Assembly: GCF_964204645.1 (NCBI RefSeq) | Contig: NC_134026.1 | Location: 4,983,950-5,047,949 of the forward strand | From: Tubulanus polymorphus | Taxonomy: Eukaryota; Animalia; Nemertea | Reading direction: 5' to 3' | Length of the DNA stretch: 64,000 nt | Shown: in pieces, positions 23,839 to 37,088 of the stretch | Position numbering within the stretch: the stretch's first letter is position 1 | How the letters are laid out: every line of letters starts with the position of its first letter | Program-made: the position numbers and the translations under genes | Notes under the pieces: model-generated | Told to the model about the DNA's origin: nothing | Databases searched by the model: none | The model's input: the letters and a program-made list of their open reading frames with translations, nothing else

Positions 23839-24565
23839 CGTAGGTTGCACTAAGTACATATATATGAGCCATCAAAATAGACTAACACTAAATCACGGAC
23901 AGAGACAATATCAATTCAATTCGAGTATATTGACAAAGGGATAATTTCCCAAAAAGGGTTAAAAACTGCAATCGGATGTCAGTTTATTTCGAATCAATTT
24001 ATCGCTTAATTCCATTCGTGAAACTCGACCAAGCGAGGATCTGCAGCCTGTCTCTGGCCCCTGTCCCTCAACCTGATCGGGACACGCTAGGCACGTCCAG
24101 AATTTGGAAAACGACTGTGCCATTCATTTCGAGACCGAGAAAGAAATTCAGCGCTCTTTACGTTAGCCATCTCCCCAAGGTGCAAGAGGTCGAATCACAA
24201 AAAATGCCATGCGTTGCTGAGTGGAGAAACCACCACAGTCAAACACTCAACACACTTGCAAACGGAACTGAGATATGGCCACCTTTTTAAATCCTTCGCA
24301 ACAGAGACCAATAATTCATGAGACAAATCTACAAACTTGCTGAACTTGCAAACTTGCTCAAATCAAACCTCTCTTTGTCGTAAAACCACTCGAACACTGA
24401 CATTTTCAACGATTTTTTATTTGTTAATGATTAACTTTTCATTCAAAATTTGCAAAAGATATTGTTTAAGACAATGTATACATAGGTATACATACCTATA
24501 AAGTGTCATGAAAATTAAGCAATTTAAGAACAGGAGGATAAAAGGAGTTGGACCAAATTTCAAGG

Positions 24566-26058
24566 TCAGTTATTAGCATTTCTGTTATAAAGGCGAATAA
24601 ATATAGCAAAAACGAATAGTTCTATAAACGCAACAGCAGCTATAACCACAAATGTTTTTTCGACTGGTGTTAATAGCTCATTGCTTGTCGGTCCAGCCCG
24701 ATCTGGGGGCATCATCGAGTTTATTGGCGTCATCGATTTTGTTGCGTAGAATTTTGATGTGTCCTTTGTGTCGGTCGAATAGAATGACGTCATCATTTTC
24801 GTTTGTTCGTTGTCAGTTTTCGTATTATAAAAAGTCAACGGTATTGAAGACGTCATGCTAAGTGTCACAAATTGGCTTTTGCTAGATCGTGCGATGGCTT
24901 CGGTAAGCCCTGCAAAATACAAATGGAAAATGTCGTCATGAAAATTTTGGTTTTAGACTGGACAAATGCGTATAATCTAATAACCCCTGTCGAAATTAAA
25001 TAAAGCCGAAAAATAAAATGGAAATGTGTGAGCGGAAAATATTCGTGAAAAAAGAAATCATCAAAACATTTATCAAAAAATAAATTTCATGTTTGATTAT
25101 GACGTACCCACTTTGAGTTCGATGGAGTCAGACATATTTCGTAACGCACATTTAACTTTGTTCCCATTATCTTCCATACAAATTTCCTTAAACATTATTC
25201 TCACAATTATGTGACCTTTAGTACCGGGTCTTTCCTTGTACTCCAACAACTCGACTCGTTGTTTCAAATTCTCAGGCAATTCGGCCAAAACATCGGCATC
25301 TGATAAAAGTGTGTTACCGTACCAGGTTTTTAATGTGGAACCGGAAGTGATATTACCAGTCCATATGCAGTGCAATTCAACCGAGCCGCGTTCCACTACT
25401 CTACCATAAAGTCTTGCTTTCATGTGCCCAAAATAGCCTAAAATACACGATGCAGAGATATTCAATAAGAATTAGATATGCCACGTGGTGCGAAAATGTC
25501 AAAATTTACCTGGATGTACGTTCTTGTGAACATACGAACCTCCGACCGAACACGAGATTCTATCTGGATCTTTCTTCGGTTTTTCATTCTTGTAACTCAC
25601 CCCGATTGTTACGGATATTCGGCTCGAATTTTTCGAAAATTCAATCAAAGAAAACCGTTCTTGTATATTTCCATCGATCTCCCGGTTTTCTGATATCAAT
25701 AGATCATTGTACCAACTTTTGAGTGTGAAGGCGGACTCGTCGATGAACCAACTGCACGTAAACTGCAAGTTCTCATTAGGTAGAAGTATGAATCCATCTT
25801 CTGGAACCATCCGAATTGACAGCTTAAATCTCTCTGGAAGAAGATTTTCAATCAGCATATTCGAGGTGAATTTGACTGTGTAGAATATTGTCGGTATACG
25901 AGGTGCTTATTGGTTTTTTCTACACAAACTATTTCACATCGGTTGTTGGTGACAAGTTAAAGAATATCTAACGCTAACATCTTACCTGACGGGCGGACTG
26001 CTTCGATGATAGTTACTGCCATCACACCAAGGAAAAGGGCTCGAAAGGACAGCGACAT
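24566..26058 (-). CDS. Type I membrane protein: signal peptide, two Ig-like domains, Ser/Thr stalk, TM, very short tail. Exons 26058-25986, 25832-25510, 25437-25108, 24909-24566
   Basis: Signal MSLSFRALFLGVMAVTIIEAVRPS. Two phase-1 exons each carry C-x-W...K(S/T)WY...C (FTCSW/LKSWY/ISCSV and LHCIW/LKTWY/DNGNKVKCAL). TM FVVIAAVAFIELFVFAIFI. Confidence 0.75.
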
Positions 26059-26893
26059 ACTGGTATTTTATATACAACAGCGATCAGTATTGAAATCAGC
26101 ATTGGTAAAACCACTATATACCTCATGATAACGAATCGATTGTCTAAGTTCACTTTTAGATGCGACCTACGTAAATTTCATTCTACGTGATTGCATAATG
26201 ATATTAATCATTTCAGTTATACGATAAGAAACTACTTTTTTGCTTAAGTGGGTTATACACTATATCGTTATATACATTATATATAAGAATATTAAACATC
26301 CACCACAGATAGACAAGTAAAAGGCTATTATGCCCTCTTGCCTGATTTATGAGTTTTTCTTTTTCTCGAATTACGATTTAAATTCCAGACTAGAAAACTA
26401 TCCTACAGTCGTTTCGCCCGCCTCGGTGCTGACTGAATAATGCATAATCTTCTAAGAGGCGAAAGTTTCTCATAGTCTGGCTACCAGATCCCAACTTTCA
26501 GAAAGATACTGCATATTATCATAAAAACCTGAAAATTTCATAACTTCATCATAATCATTTTATCTGTTGAAAACACTACCACACACTTTAAAGAATGAAA
26601 CTCCTTCTTTCCGTTTGATATATTGCACCGCTTCTGTGTAGTATATTTGACAGGTAATTTCTTTAAAACAGGAAAATCTGATATTTACAAATCTTAAATT
26701 GTATGTTTTCACATGTATGTGTATAAGCAGGTTTCTATTATATATACATGTATGTATTCAAACAAAGTGCATTTTAATTGTGACTAATATAATTTCGTAT
26801 ATCTTGATGCTGTAATATACGGAGCTTATAGATAAGTCTTCTAAGAAACTTTCTATCCAACTTGACATCAACATCTGCAAGAGGCGAGGAATC

Positions 26894-27556
26894 TCAAGAA
26901 TTCTGATGGGCTTGCTGTTGCGGTCCTGTGGGAACATATATTACTCGTGTTTGCGCCGGAGCTGGCCGACAACACTTCAACAACGCGCAACAGTAGGCGG
27001 CTTGAACTATAACGCAGATAATCTCCAATAACAGAATCACTAATCTCAACGATAACATCGTCAGCTTTAATTCGTAATTCCTCTCCAAAATTCCGTGCCA
27101 ATCATTCGCAGTGGCGGCTAGTTGAATTGCCGTTAGCACAGCGCACATCGTCGCGCTGAGACTAGCAACAGCACACATACCGACGCAGACGACTACGGCG
27201 CACCGTTCTTGATATTTCACGCACACTATCGTCGAAAGTCCGCTGATTATAATGAAAATGCTCACCCAGTAGTAGTTTCGAAAATTGTACACAATTTCAT
27301 CGTTGATGATGACTGAATCGAAAATGATGATGATCATTCCACAAAGTAGTTGAATAGTTCCGAGAATTAGGGAATTTCTGCTGAATCGAGCAGTCTCTTT
27401 TACGTTACTGATCGGCAGTACAGCATCGTCTGTGAGACGTGTGTCCGGCTCTGACAGCTCTATTCGTATGACGGGCGTAACTGCAGAAGATATCGGGCGT
27501 CCTCGGTCGCTGTCATCTTCTTTTCCTCCTTCTTTTAAATGCTTGTACTTATTCAT
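26894..27556 (-). CDS. MS4A/CD20-like four-transmembrane protein, 220 aa, single coding exon
   Basis: Four hydrophobic segments, with LGTIQLLCG in TM1, YWVSIFIIISG in TM2 and a Cys-rich segment (YCCALLKCC) after TM4, as in the CD20-like family. Confidence 0.7.
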   Translation of the reverse strand: MNKYKHLKEGGKEDDSDRGRPISSAVTPVIRIELSEPDTRLTDDAVLPISNVKETARFSRNSLILGTIQLLCGMIIIIFDSVIINDEIVYNFRNYYWVSIFIIISGLSTIVCVKYQERCAVVVCVGMCAVASLSATMCAVLTAIQLAATANDWHGILERNYELKLTMLSLRLVILLLEIICVIVQAAYCCALLKCCRPAPAQTRVIYVPTGPQQQAHQNS

Positions 27557-29019
27557 CGATAAATCGCCCGTTTTTCACTTAATCTACCAAATATTCTTGC
27601 GCTGTATAAAGTGATAACCAATCTATCAGAAATACGGTATCGTATAATAATGAAATGAGTCATTCATATTCTTACCTTGTACTTTTTCTTTTTTCTCTAA
27701 CCGTCCCAACTTTTCCAAGCGACACAAACTTTCGGTTTGTCTGGTAGAAATTCCGAGTTGCAGTTATAGTCTTGTTTACCTGTTACTTTCTTTGAGAAAA
27801 TCTATCATGTTGCTGATCTGTTGCTGATCACCTGAAGAAATGTGATCGAACAATTCTGGTTTCCGGTATTGACTCAACTTTTCAAGTTTATATATATAAA
27901 TGTTTCTTCGGCTTACCTCGTCTACACAGCAGACACCTACGGTAATACCTTTTTCTCGCAGTCTGATCATCAGATAATGCCAGTGTAAGGAAAGGAAACC
28001 TGCAGAGAAAGTGAGTTGTATCGCGAATCTATATCCTCCTCTCTCCCTCTCTTTCTATGTCTCTAAACGCTGTAAATTAGATCCACATGATAATACACGT
28101 TCGAGCTGAAAGTCGGAGAAAAGAAGCTGTTTTAATTCTGCATCTATACCAGACGGATTAAAGAAAATAACATTCGAACCTGTTCCGCGAATTCCAATAG
28201 TCTGAACTCAGCGTACATGTTATTCCAAAGGTGTTTGTTCGCAATTTTGCGAACAACTATACACTCGCCGAGTGAGTAATAACCGTTTAATTGATACATA
28301 CATGAACCAAACGAAAAAAGGACTCCAGCTAGGCCGAAGAATGTTAACCATTCGTACATTCACGAGCTCTGACGGGTCAAGAATAGTTGAAATACAAAAT
28401 GCATACGGTCATTGACAATATTACCTTGCTTATGTAACTGCTTATACGTATATTTTTAAATAGATTTAACTGACGTATACAAAATGTATTCATACATCGA
28501 AAATGATCAGCCTGATATGAGATGATACTGAAATGAGATTTTATATGTCTATGTATCTATCTAAATGTGCATAAAAGATGAGAGATAGAGAAAAATAAGC
28601 ATGGCAGAACAACTAACAACGTTCAACATTTATCAAAAAAACTAGCCCTACTTATTTCAAAAATTCAGTTTGACATCAGACATGTGAGTTCATACTTAGT
28701 AATTTCATTTAAGGTATAAAAGGGTTTAATTTCATTCAGACCATGTTTACTAGATTAACCTAAGCACGGGAGGACTTTCCTGTCGTATTCATTGTTTTTC
28801 TTGGCGTTTTCGGCATATGTTTCATATAGTGTATTCTAATACGATTATGCGGTGCAGCAGCTTGTGCGAGTCTTATTTCGTAGTTTGTTTTCATAATTTT
28901 TCTTCAGGAAAGGTAATCGCAATTTATTCTCGGGAATTCAGTTATTCAAACTGGGATCAACTTTGCTACGACGGTAAAAAGCGAAACTTTTTGCATCGCT
29001 TCATTGAGAGAAGTTTGTA

Positions 29020-31929
29020 ATGCGATCCTTGTTCGAAATGTGTCGCATTTCGTGGATATTCTTCATATTCAATATATGGGTAGCGCTCATCGTCTGCGAA
29101 AAGTATATCAGAATATGTGATGATTCTCCGATAAAGTCGAGAAAGGTCACCGACAAAACGTTAGTATTTTCATTTACCCCATCGATGCAGAAGACGTTCA
29201 CATATTGCGCCTGTTCACTTTCCCCTTCTGTGAAGAACCGAGTGAAGTTGAATGCGACTATCTCCATGAAGCTAGACTGCGATGAGTCTGTCGAGATGAA
29301 AGTTTGACTTTTTTTCACCAAATACAGCTGTGTTTTGAAGGGAATGGCGGTTCATTTGCCAACATGGGAATTGAGTTCGGATCTCAAGATTGAATACGAC
29401 TACACTAAGATTTTTAGTAAAAACAATCTCCATGGTCCATCGGCTTATAATGGATTCGAAATAAAGATTTATTGTGAGTATTTTTCAAGATAATCTAACA
29501 TTACGTATGAAACCGTATTCTGAATGGGATATTATGATCGTTTCATGTCTAGATCCTGAGGCTATGGAGTACAACGTAGTCACATGTTATGATCCTCGTT
29601 TCTCGGCTGGATATGCAGTTACAACGACAGAAACGAACAAAAACTTCCAAGCTCTTACCACGAGTACCACGGTATCTGCACAGAAAGCCACGGTTCCTAC
29701 AACGAGTACCACTGTATCTACGCAGAAAGCCACGGTTCCTACAACGAGTTCCACTGTATCTACACAGAAAGCAGCCACAGTTCCTACAACGAGTACCAGT
29801 GTATCTACGCAGAAAGCCACGGGTCCCACCACGAGTACCACTGTATCTACGCAGAAAGCAGCCACAGTTCCTACAACGAGTACCAGTGTATCTACGCAGA
29901 AAGCCACGGTCGCTCCCATGAGTACTACTGTATCTACGCAGAAAGCCACGGTTCCTACCGTGAGTTCCACTGTATCTACGCAGAAAGCCACGGTTCCTAC
30001 AACGAGTACTACTGTATCTACTCAGAAAGCCACGGTTCCTACAACGAGTACCACTGTATCTACGCAGAAAGCCACGGTTCCTACCACGAGTACCACTGTA
30101 TCTACACAAAAAGCCACGGTTCCTACAACGAGTACCAGTGTATCTACACAGAAAGCCACGGGTACCACAACGAGTACCAGTGTATCTACGCAGAAAGTCA
30201 CGGTTCCTACCACGAGTACCACTGTATCTACACAGAAAGCCACGGTTCCTACCACGAGTACCACTGTATCTACACAGAAAGCCACAGTTCCTACCACGAG
30301 TACCACTGTATCTACACAGAAAGCCACAGTTCCTACCACGAGTACCACTGTATCTACACAGAAAGCCACAGTTCCTACCACGAGTACCACTGTATCTACT
30401 CAGAAAGCCACGGTTCCTACAACGAGTACCACTGTATCTACACAAAAAGCCACGGTTCCTACAACGAGTACCACTGTATCTACTCAGAAAGCCACGGTTC
30501 CTACAACGAGTACCACTGTATCTACACAGAAAGCCACGGTTCCTACAACGAGTACCACTGTATCTACGCAGAAAGCCACGGTTCCTACCACGAGTACCAG
30601 TGTATCTACACAGAAAGCCACAGTTCCTACCACGAGTACCACTGTATCTACACAGAAAGCCACGGTTCCTACCACGAGTTCCACTGTATCTACACAGAAA
30701 GCCACGGTTCCTACAACGAGTACCGCTGTATCTACACAGAAAGCAGCCGCAGTTCCTACAACGAGTACCACTGTATCAACGCAAAAAGCCACGGTTCCTA
30801 CCACGAGTTCCACTGTATCTACACAAAAAGCCACGGTTCCTACAACGAGTACCACTGTATCTACACAGAAAGCAGCCACAGTTGGCACGAAGAAATCGAT
30901 GTTGCCAATAACGAGTACTAAAGTATCTATACAGAAAACCACGCCCCCTGCCACAAGTACTATAGCCCCTGTCACGTCCAGTACTAAAGTATTTATAAAG
31001 AAAACCACAGCCCCGACCACAGATACTACATCATCCACACAGAAAAGCACCGCTTCTTCAACCTATACTACAGTATCTACACAGAAGACCACACACTCTC
31101 CAAGGCAAATAGGAGCCTCCACAACAACTACAAAGACTACTGGTGGTACGATCTTATCCGGTACAAACCGAATGAGCTCTTCTGAAGCCGGTAAGAAACC
31201 TTTGAAAACTATACAGTAACGCAGCTAATGCCCGTTTTTAAGATTGACCTTTTTCTTCTCATATCGCGTGAAATATTCATCTTTCAGCATTTGTCATCGG
31301 AACAACCGAAGGGGCAATTCTATTGATATCTGCATTAGTAGCACTGACGATTTATAGCATAACTAAAAAAACATGTTGTGGGTAAGTTTTCGTTGTAAGA
31401 TAGCTTGGCGAGTATCATTTTCATCGTTATACTAATATCCAGATCATTCAATTTAAGTAAATCATGGGCTTACAAGGACGATACAGCCACTTTGCAGCTT
31501 GACAGCGATAATTGTGAGGAACCTATTGATATCCACGATGTATATGACCCCTCATTGGATCACAGAGTATACTCAGGTTATCCAGAATTGGTAGCCATGT
31601 CTAACGCACCAAGTGATTTCCAGAGACCAAGCGATTCTTCAACTACTGGGATGAGTTGGATGGCGAGGGAATATGAAACTGCATACGAAAATCCGTGTTA
31701 CGGGGACCATTTAGGAACTAATATCATGGATAACGACGCGGACGACTGGGACAAGTACGGTGAATGCGTCGATTACGATAATGACCTAAGCACGGACAGT
31801 GGAGTATGGACAACTGCTGGACCAATCGGTCACCTGTACGATGAGGAATATGGCCATTTCATTAGTGATGCACGCCGCAGTGGTAGTAATCCACACCTAA
31901 CGCCTCAAGTTAACCAATACTACATGTAG
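29020..31929 (+). CDS. Membrane mucin-like protein: Cys-containing N-domain, Thr-rich repeats, TM, Tyr/Asp-rich tail. Exons 29020-29473 (in-frame TGA at 29305-29307), 29553-31190, 31288-31381, 31443-31929
   Basis: Hydrophobic leader. The frame continues stop-free past the TGA to a GTGAGT donor at 29474, and all downstream junctions are phase-compatible. TM exon AFVIGTTEGAILLISALVALTIYSITKK. It may be a null allele or pseudogene. Confidence 0.75.
29658..30882 (+). repeat. Coding tandem repeat, 42-bp unit (TVPTTSTTVSTQKA), ~29 copies, some 45 bp with an extra Ala
   Basis: Repeated ACGAGTACCACTGTATCTAC(A/G)CAGAAAGCCACGGTTCCTAC(A/C). Confidence 0.97.
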
Positions 31930-33229
31930 TGAAGACCGAGGTTTAAAGGTCGCAAAAGAACGACATAAGCTCGATTGAATTAATCTTCGAACTACTAAAA
32001 TCGCTTTCTTATTATTGTTTGTCACTTGTCATAAATAAATCAACTGGTGATAACCTCTGTTCCTTCATTGGCCTGCGAGATTCTTTTTTGCGTTATTATC
32101 TATTCGTTGATCGGGTGCAGTGTTCTGTGGTGTTTTGATGAGCTATTCGAATTCAAATAAAAGAATGCCCGGACATTTTTGCATTTGCAGATGTCGTGTA
32201 AGATCTTTTTGTTGGTTTGGCGCGCGTGTTTTTGTTACAAACGTTCGCTGAATCAGTGCCTATCGATGCGTGCGAGTTACTGGCCGGCTTGTGCTGAAAA
32301 AATGATAAAAAGATTAACGATACAATAGACCTCGTAAAAACATAAATAAAAATTTGATTAATGATATGGAACTATAGAATAAAAAATGCGTGGGTACATG
32401 GTAAGTGTGACTGAATAGGTGATTTATGCTGTGAATGCTGTTCGGGGGTTCAATTAAAAACTGCACAATATGTCGCCGTTGTTAGAAAAACGCCTTCTAA
32501 TATTCATCAAAATAGGCTGAAGACAACGAATTCGCGGTGAAAAGCAATTTGAATGTATTGTTTGTTCGTTCAATTAGAGGACATTACTTTTTCAAAAGTT
32601 TAAAATGTTTATACCATGGTGGCAGTCTTCGCGAAGATTGATTGTTGTTTTCATGTGAATATTTTCTATGCTTAGTTGCGCAACAGGTGTGAAAGAGGAT
32701 TCCAGTTGACCTCGATATTTGTGCAGGGTAGCACAGATAGTTCCTGAATTTCCACATTGTTCAAGATCACTAAAAGAAGTAGATTCAAAAATTGTCTATA
32801 AAGTTCAAATCGAACAACATCATTTATCAAATGTTATGGTCGCAATGGTGCTACGATTCGTAGCCCTTGATCATCTTGGGCGATGCTAGTCGACAGTCTT
32901 TGACAAACGACTCACCGACCAGTTGTTGCCAAACAACCGAGCTGTCTTGACGTCTCTTGGAATTCATAGCCGAACCGAATCGTGTTGAGTTCACTTCCAG
33001 TGCACCCAACTAACCTGACGGGTATTCGCACTAGAACAACTGCATCAACATTCACCTAAAAATTTGGATGGATTGACGAGTTGATTGTCTTTTGAATATT
33101 TGGTTCGATTGTATGCATGCTCTAAGATTTAGAGACTGTGTCGAAAGGTTTTATCATCCTAACTAGGACCGTAGTCAAATTAAGATTGCAGCGTCATCCA
33201 AGTACCCGGCGGTTAGGTTGGACAATCCA

Positions 33230-36200
33230 ATGGCACTGCTTATTACCTTGATATCTATTGGTAAGTGAAATTACACATTATTGTTTGAAGTGAGGGCGAT
33301 TACTTTTTTGATCCAAGTAGAATATTTATTTTTCAGGGTCACTGTGTGGATTAGTATATTCTGCAGCTGTATGTTTAGCAAATTTTTGAAAATGGAATTC
33401 GTTCAATTTATGCTTTATCTTTGATTTCAACGAATAAATTTTAAAACTGAACAAATGAATTGGAGCAAATATATATCTTATCAAGGTTTCAATATTAAGA
33501 TTATTTCTAGATATGCCATTTAGATAAATTTCAAAGTATTATCACTTACATCATTCATAGGATTGCCCTGAAGCGTTCGTAGCTATATCGAAAAAGCGTA
33601 CGCATAGTATATGTTTGCGCCCGCAATTCCCAATAGGTAAGTTCAGTCTAGATCTCATTACTTGAAACCGGTAGCTGAACTGTAATACCTCAATTTTCCG
33701 ATATTTGATATTAACTTAAAAGTAGTTACAAAGGGCGTTAGAATTGCCAGCACATTATTAGAACAAAATCATCTGCAGGTGAATTTGAAATCACAACATT
33801 TATGTCGATTTCAGCCCTGTCGGATGCCACAAAACAGCTTATACTTGACGAACACAACAAATGTCGTGGTCAGTCAGACCCTCCTGCAAGTTACATATTC
33901 AAAATGGTAATATTCATTTACCTCTTAGGTCATGTTACCACAATAACCAATAACAAATAGAGACGTAGGCATCCAAAAGTTGTTCCCAATGTAAAACAAA
34001 CATTCATTGTGGTCCAAATTATAAAAATCCCCAAAAATGATAATGTTCTCACAACCGAAAGGAGATGCACCAAAAGATCTTTCAATACTTTCTACGAGTT
34101 CCTTGTTTGCTTTCTGTATCTTTTGTTAGTACTGGGATAAAGAAGCAGCTAAGGCTGCGCTCGGTTGGGCGAACTCGATGTGTCACGCACGAGGAGGTGG
34201 ACCAGATCACGATCCTATTACCGCTCGATTTATTCCTGGTGGGTAAACCCTGCCATACTGTACCGTTCATTTCATACCACAAAATGCCACGCCATACCAC
34301 ACAATACCTCGAATAAAGAATTCACCAAGTTGCTTATGGTAACGTTGCAGGAAGAAACGCGTACGGTCAGAATTGGTTTTGCTCCGGTGGTCAAGGTACT
34401 ACATGGCAGGAAGTTATAAAAAGCTGGTGCGATGAAAAGACCGAAGAAAATTTCAGTTACGAAGAAGGTGGAAATCAAGCAACCGGGCATTATTCACAGG
34501 TTTATTCAGTATTTATCAAGTATTGATGTTCGGTTACTGGCTACAAATAGAATGACTTCTCTAACCTTTATTTATTGCTGACTTATTACATAATTCTGCA
34601 TTTCCCACGTTATGTAGTATGTACGCAGTGGGAAGTTGAAAAAATGACTTATCTATTTGATCCACAATTGACTTATAGGTTATGTGGGCAGATAGTGTAT
34701 TGGTGGGTTGCGCCATGCTCTACTGCGATGTAGGAAATAAAGGCGAATATTTCGTTTGTAATTATGCCCGAGCGTAAGTATCTACTCATAGATAGACAAA
34801 TAAATAGCATCGAATTAAATAGCCACCTAAGAATGAAAAAAGAAGACTTTCTCTAAGTCATAAATGACCACCATCTTGAGAATTGTGCGTTCTATGGGAA
34901 AACATAATCTAAGCTAATCAATTTTCTACCGGGAATGTAAATGATGCCTCTTTAGAAAAAAACTTCAGATACTTACTGAATAGCAACTTGAATTTTAGTG
35001 GAAACGAACCTGGTTATTACGGAAAAATGGATAGGCCATACATACGTTCGAATACTACTAAAGGATCTGACTGTGGTACTAATTACAACAGTAAAACCGG
35101 CCTGTGTGGTTAGTTATAATTGTTCGATGATTCGAAGTTCATCCGATGATTTTTCACGTTCGTTGTTTACAAAATATCAGTCTGTTTATCCTGTAAATAT
35201 GTTGATTATAGATTGCAAAGATGTGAAGTTTTGTTTAAACGGCGGGAAAATGAATCCTAAGACCTGCAAGTGTACCTGTCCCAAAGTACCGTGGATCGTT
35301 GGACCTAACTGCGAGCGTAAGTCTCTATTCATTCCATCTTGTTGATTCCTTCCCAATCGAGAATAAGTGATACATCCATGGCAATATCAAAGCGATTCTA
35401 CAAATACTTCTAGTCGATTGCAGCAAAGGTGTAAAAGATGAACCGGGATTCGATTGTGTCCCGATGGACTGTGAATCGGATGATATATTCGACATGTGTC
35501 CAGATTTCTGTAATCTATGTTGTGAGTAGTCATTCCTTTCTTGGCACCATTTGCCAACATATCAAGCAATAGTTGATAAAGGAACAAGAATGCACATTTT
35601 ATGTGGAAACTTTGCTTCGATTGACCACTTAATCTGTCGCCGTAATTCCAACAATTTTACTATGTATTTCAGCGGGAACTAGCGGGATTGGTGAAGCTGC
35701 CAAGATAATGAGTAAGACCTATCTATCATAACAATTTCTAGGATTTGTCCCAACATGATACATCTCAGATAAAAGCATTTACTCGATACTCACTAACAAC
35801 AAAAACTTAATCATCATTCGTTTTATAACTTTAAAGGCGAGCAACCGAAAACAACTGGGAGGATGCCAAGTCAACCAACAGGTGGCAAAAAAATTAAGAA
35901 CCTTGACTTGCTTAAACCAAAGAGACCCGCAAAAACTAAGACTACCTACAACGCAAAGGAATTGCGCGAGAAAGCTGAAGAGAACGTCGAAAGAGAGAAA
36001 TGGAAGACAGAAATTACAGTGGACGTCATACGGAAAATTATCGAAGACTACGTGAAAGGATCGAATCCTGACCGAGAACTAACGCGCATCAATCAGAGTG
36101 TTATAGACAAAATCATCAACCGATTTGAACAAGTAAAAAGCGAATTGGAGAAAAAAGGCAAGATAAAAGATGGTAGGTGAATTTTGTGGTTTTCACCATA

Positions 36201-36330
36201 TATTATGGGCAAATGCGTTTCGTTTAATATGTTACTAATTTCAAAGTTAATTTTGGATACTATAGTAGAAGCTAAAAGTAAAGTTGGCAGAGCTAAGAAA
36301 ATGAAAAACAATGGCAAACCTGGTATCTAG
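33230..36330 (+). CDS. CAP/SCP (CRISP/venom allergen-like) protein with EGF-like and ShK-like domains and a Lys/Glu-rich basic tail, copy 1, ~13 exons
   Basis: Signal MALLITLISIGSLCGLVYSAA. CAP motifs LDEHNKCR, MYWDKEAA, GQNW, SWCDE, GHYSQVMWADSVLVGC, FVCNY. EGF CLNGGKMNPKTCKCTC...GPNCE. ShK-like DC...C...C...CPDFCNLC. Junctions are phase-compatible. Confidence 0.88.
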
Positions 36331-37088
36331 TGAGACAATCACTTCGATAAAGATTAGTATGGTATGTCTGATGGAATTAGTCTATAGGTTTTTCAAAAGT
36401 CAGTGCCGTGTCGCGTGGTAGGGGTCGGTTGCGGTGCGATTGTCAGCAACGGTGTGTGCGACTTGTTTCTGCCAGTCGGTTGCGACTGAGAAGGACAGTC
36501 GCGCTGGGTCACAGAAAAGAACATAAACGATTTATTGCGACCGGTGTCGTTGACGGTCGTAGTGAATAATGACGCAGTTACATAGTTGCAGACGATCAAC
36601 AAAATGATTCGGAAACCGACGAATGTTTCTTTGGCTTCACTGCGTCACTTGTCTTTTCATCTTCGTTATCATGGTATTTCTATACATTAATGATTATCAA
36701 TATCGGACTAAATTACACTTTACATTTTATTCATATAAACTTCCAATGTTAAAAAATTAGAATTCATTCTTAGGATGCAGGTCTCAGCAATATTTTAAAT
36801 TTTGATGAACAGAAAATTATTTTTGGTTGTGAGACTTATTCTAATCTTAATACCTTATTCTTTTTGATTTCAGTCCGAAAATCGAATACAGATCTCAGCA
36901 GTAGATAGAACCAACCTTCAACGTTGGTGGTTGTATTATATTACATGTAGTATAGAAGAATAAAGCTTTGCTTTCCGATATGAATCGAATCAGTTTTTAA
37001 GTGTCTTCCATTCATTTCATTGAAATACGATTTCATCTTTGATAACAAGACTTCGATGGAATCATTTAAGATGCAGTTCACATTAAAA

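Noticed and set aside
29549-31050. Long antisense and alternate-frame ORFs over the 42-bp repeat, and a superficial CRISPR-like periodicity
   Set aside because: By-products of a stop-poor coding tandem repeat. There are no unique spacers and no cas genes, and the context is eukaryotic.
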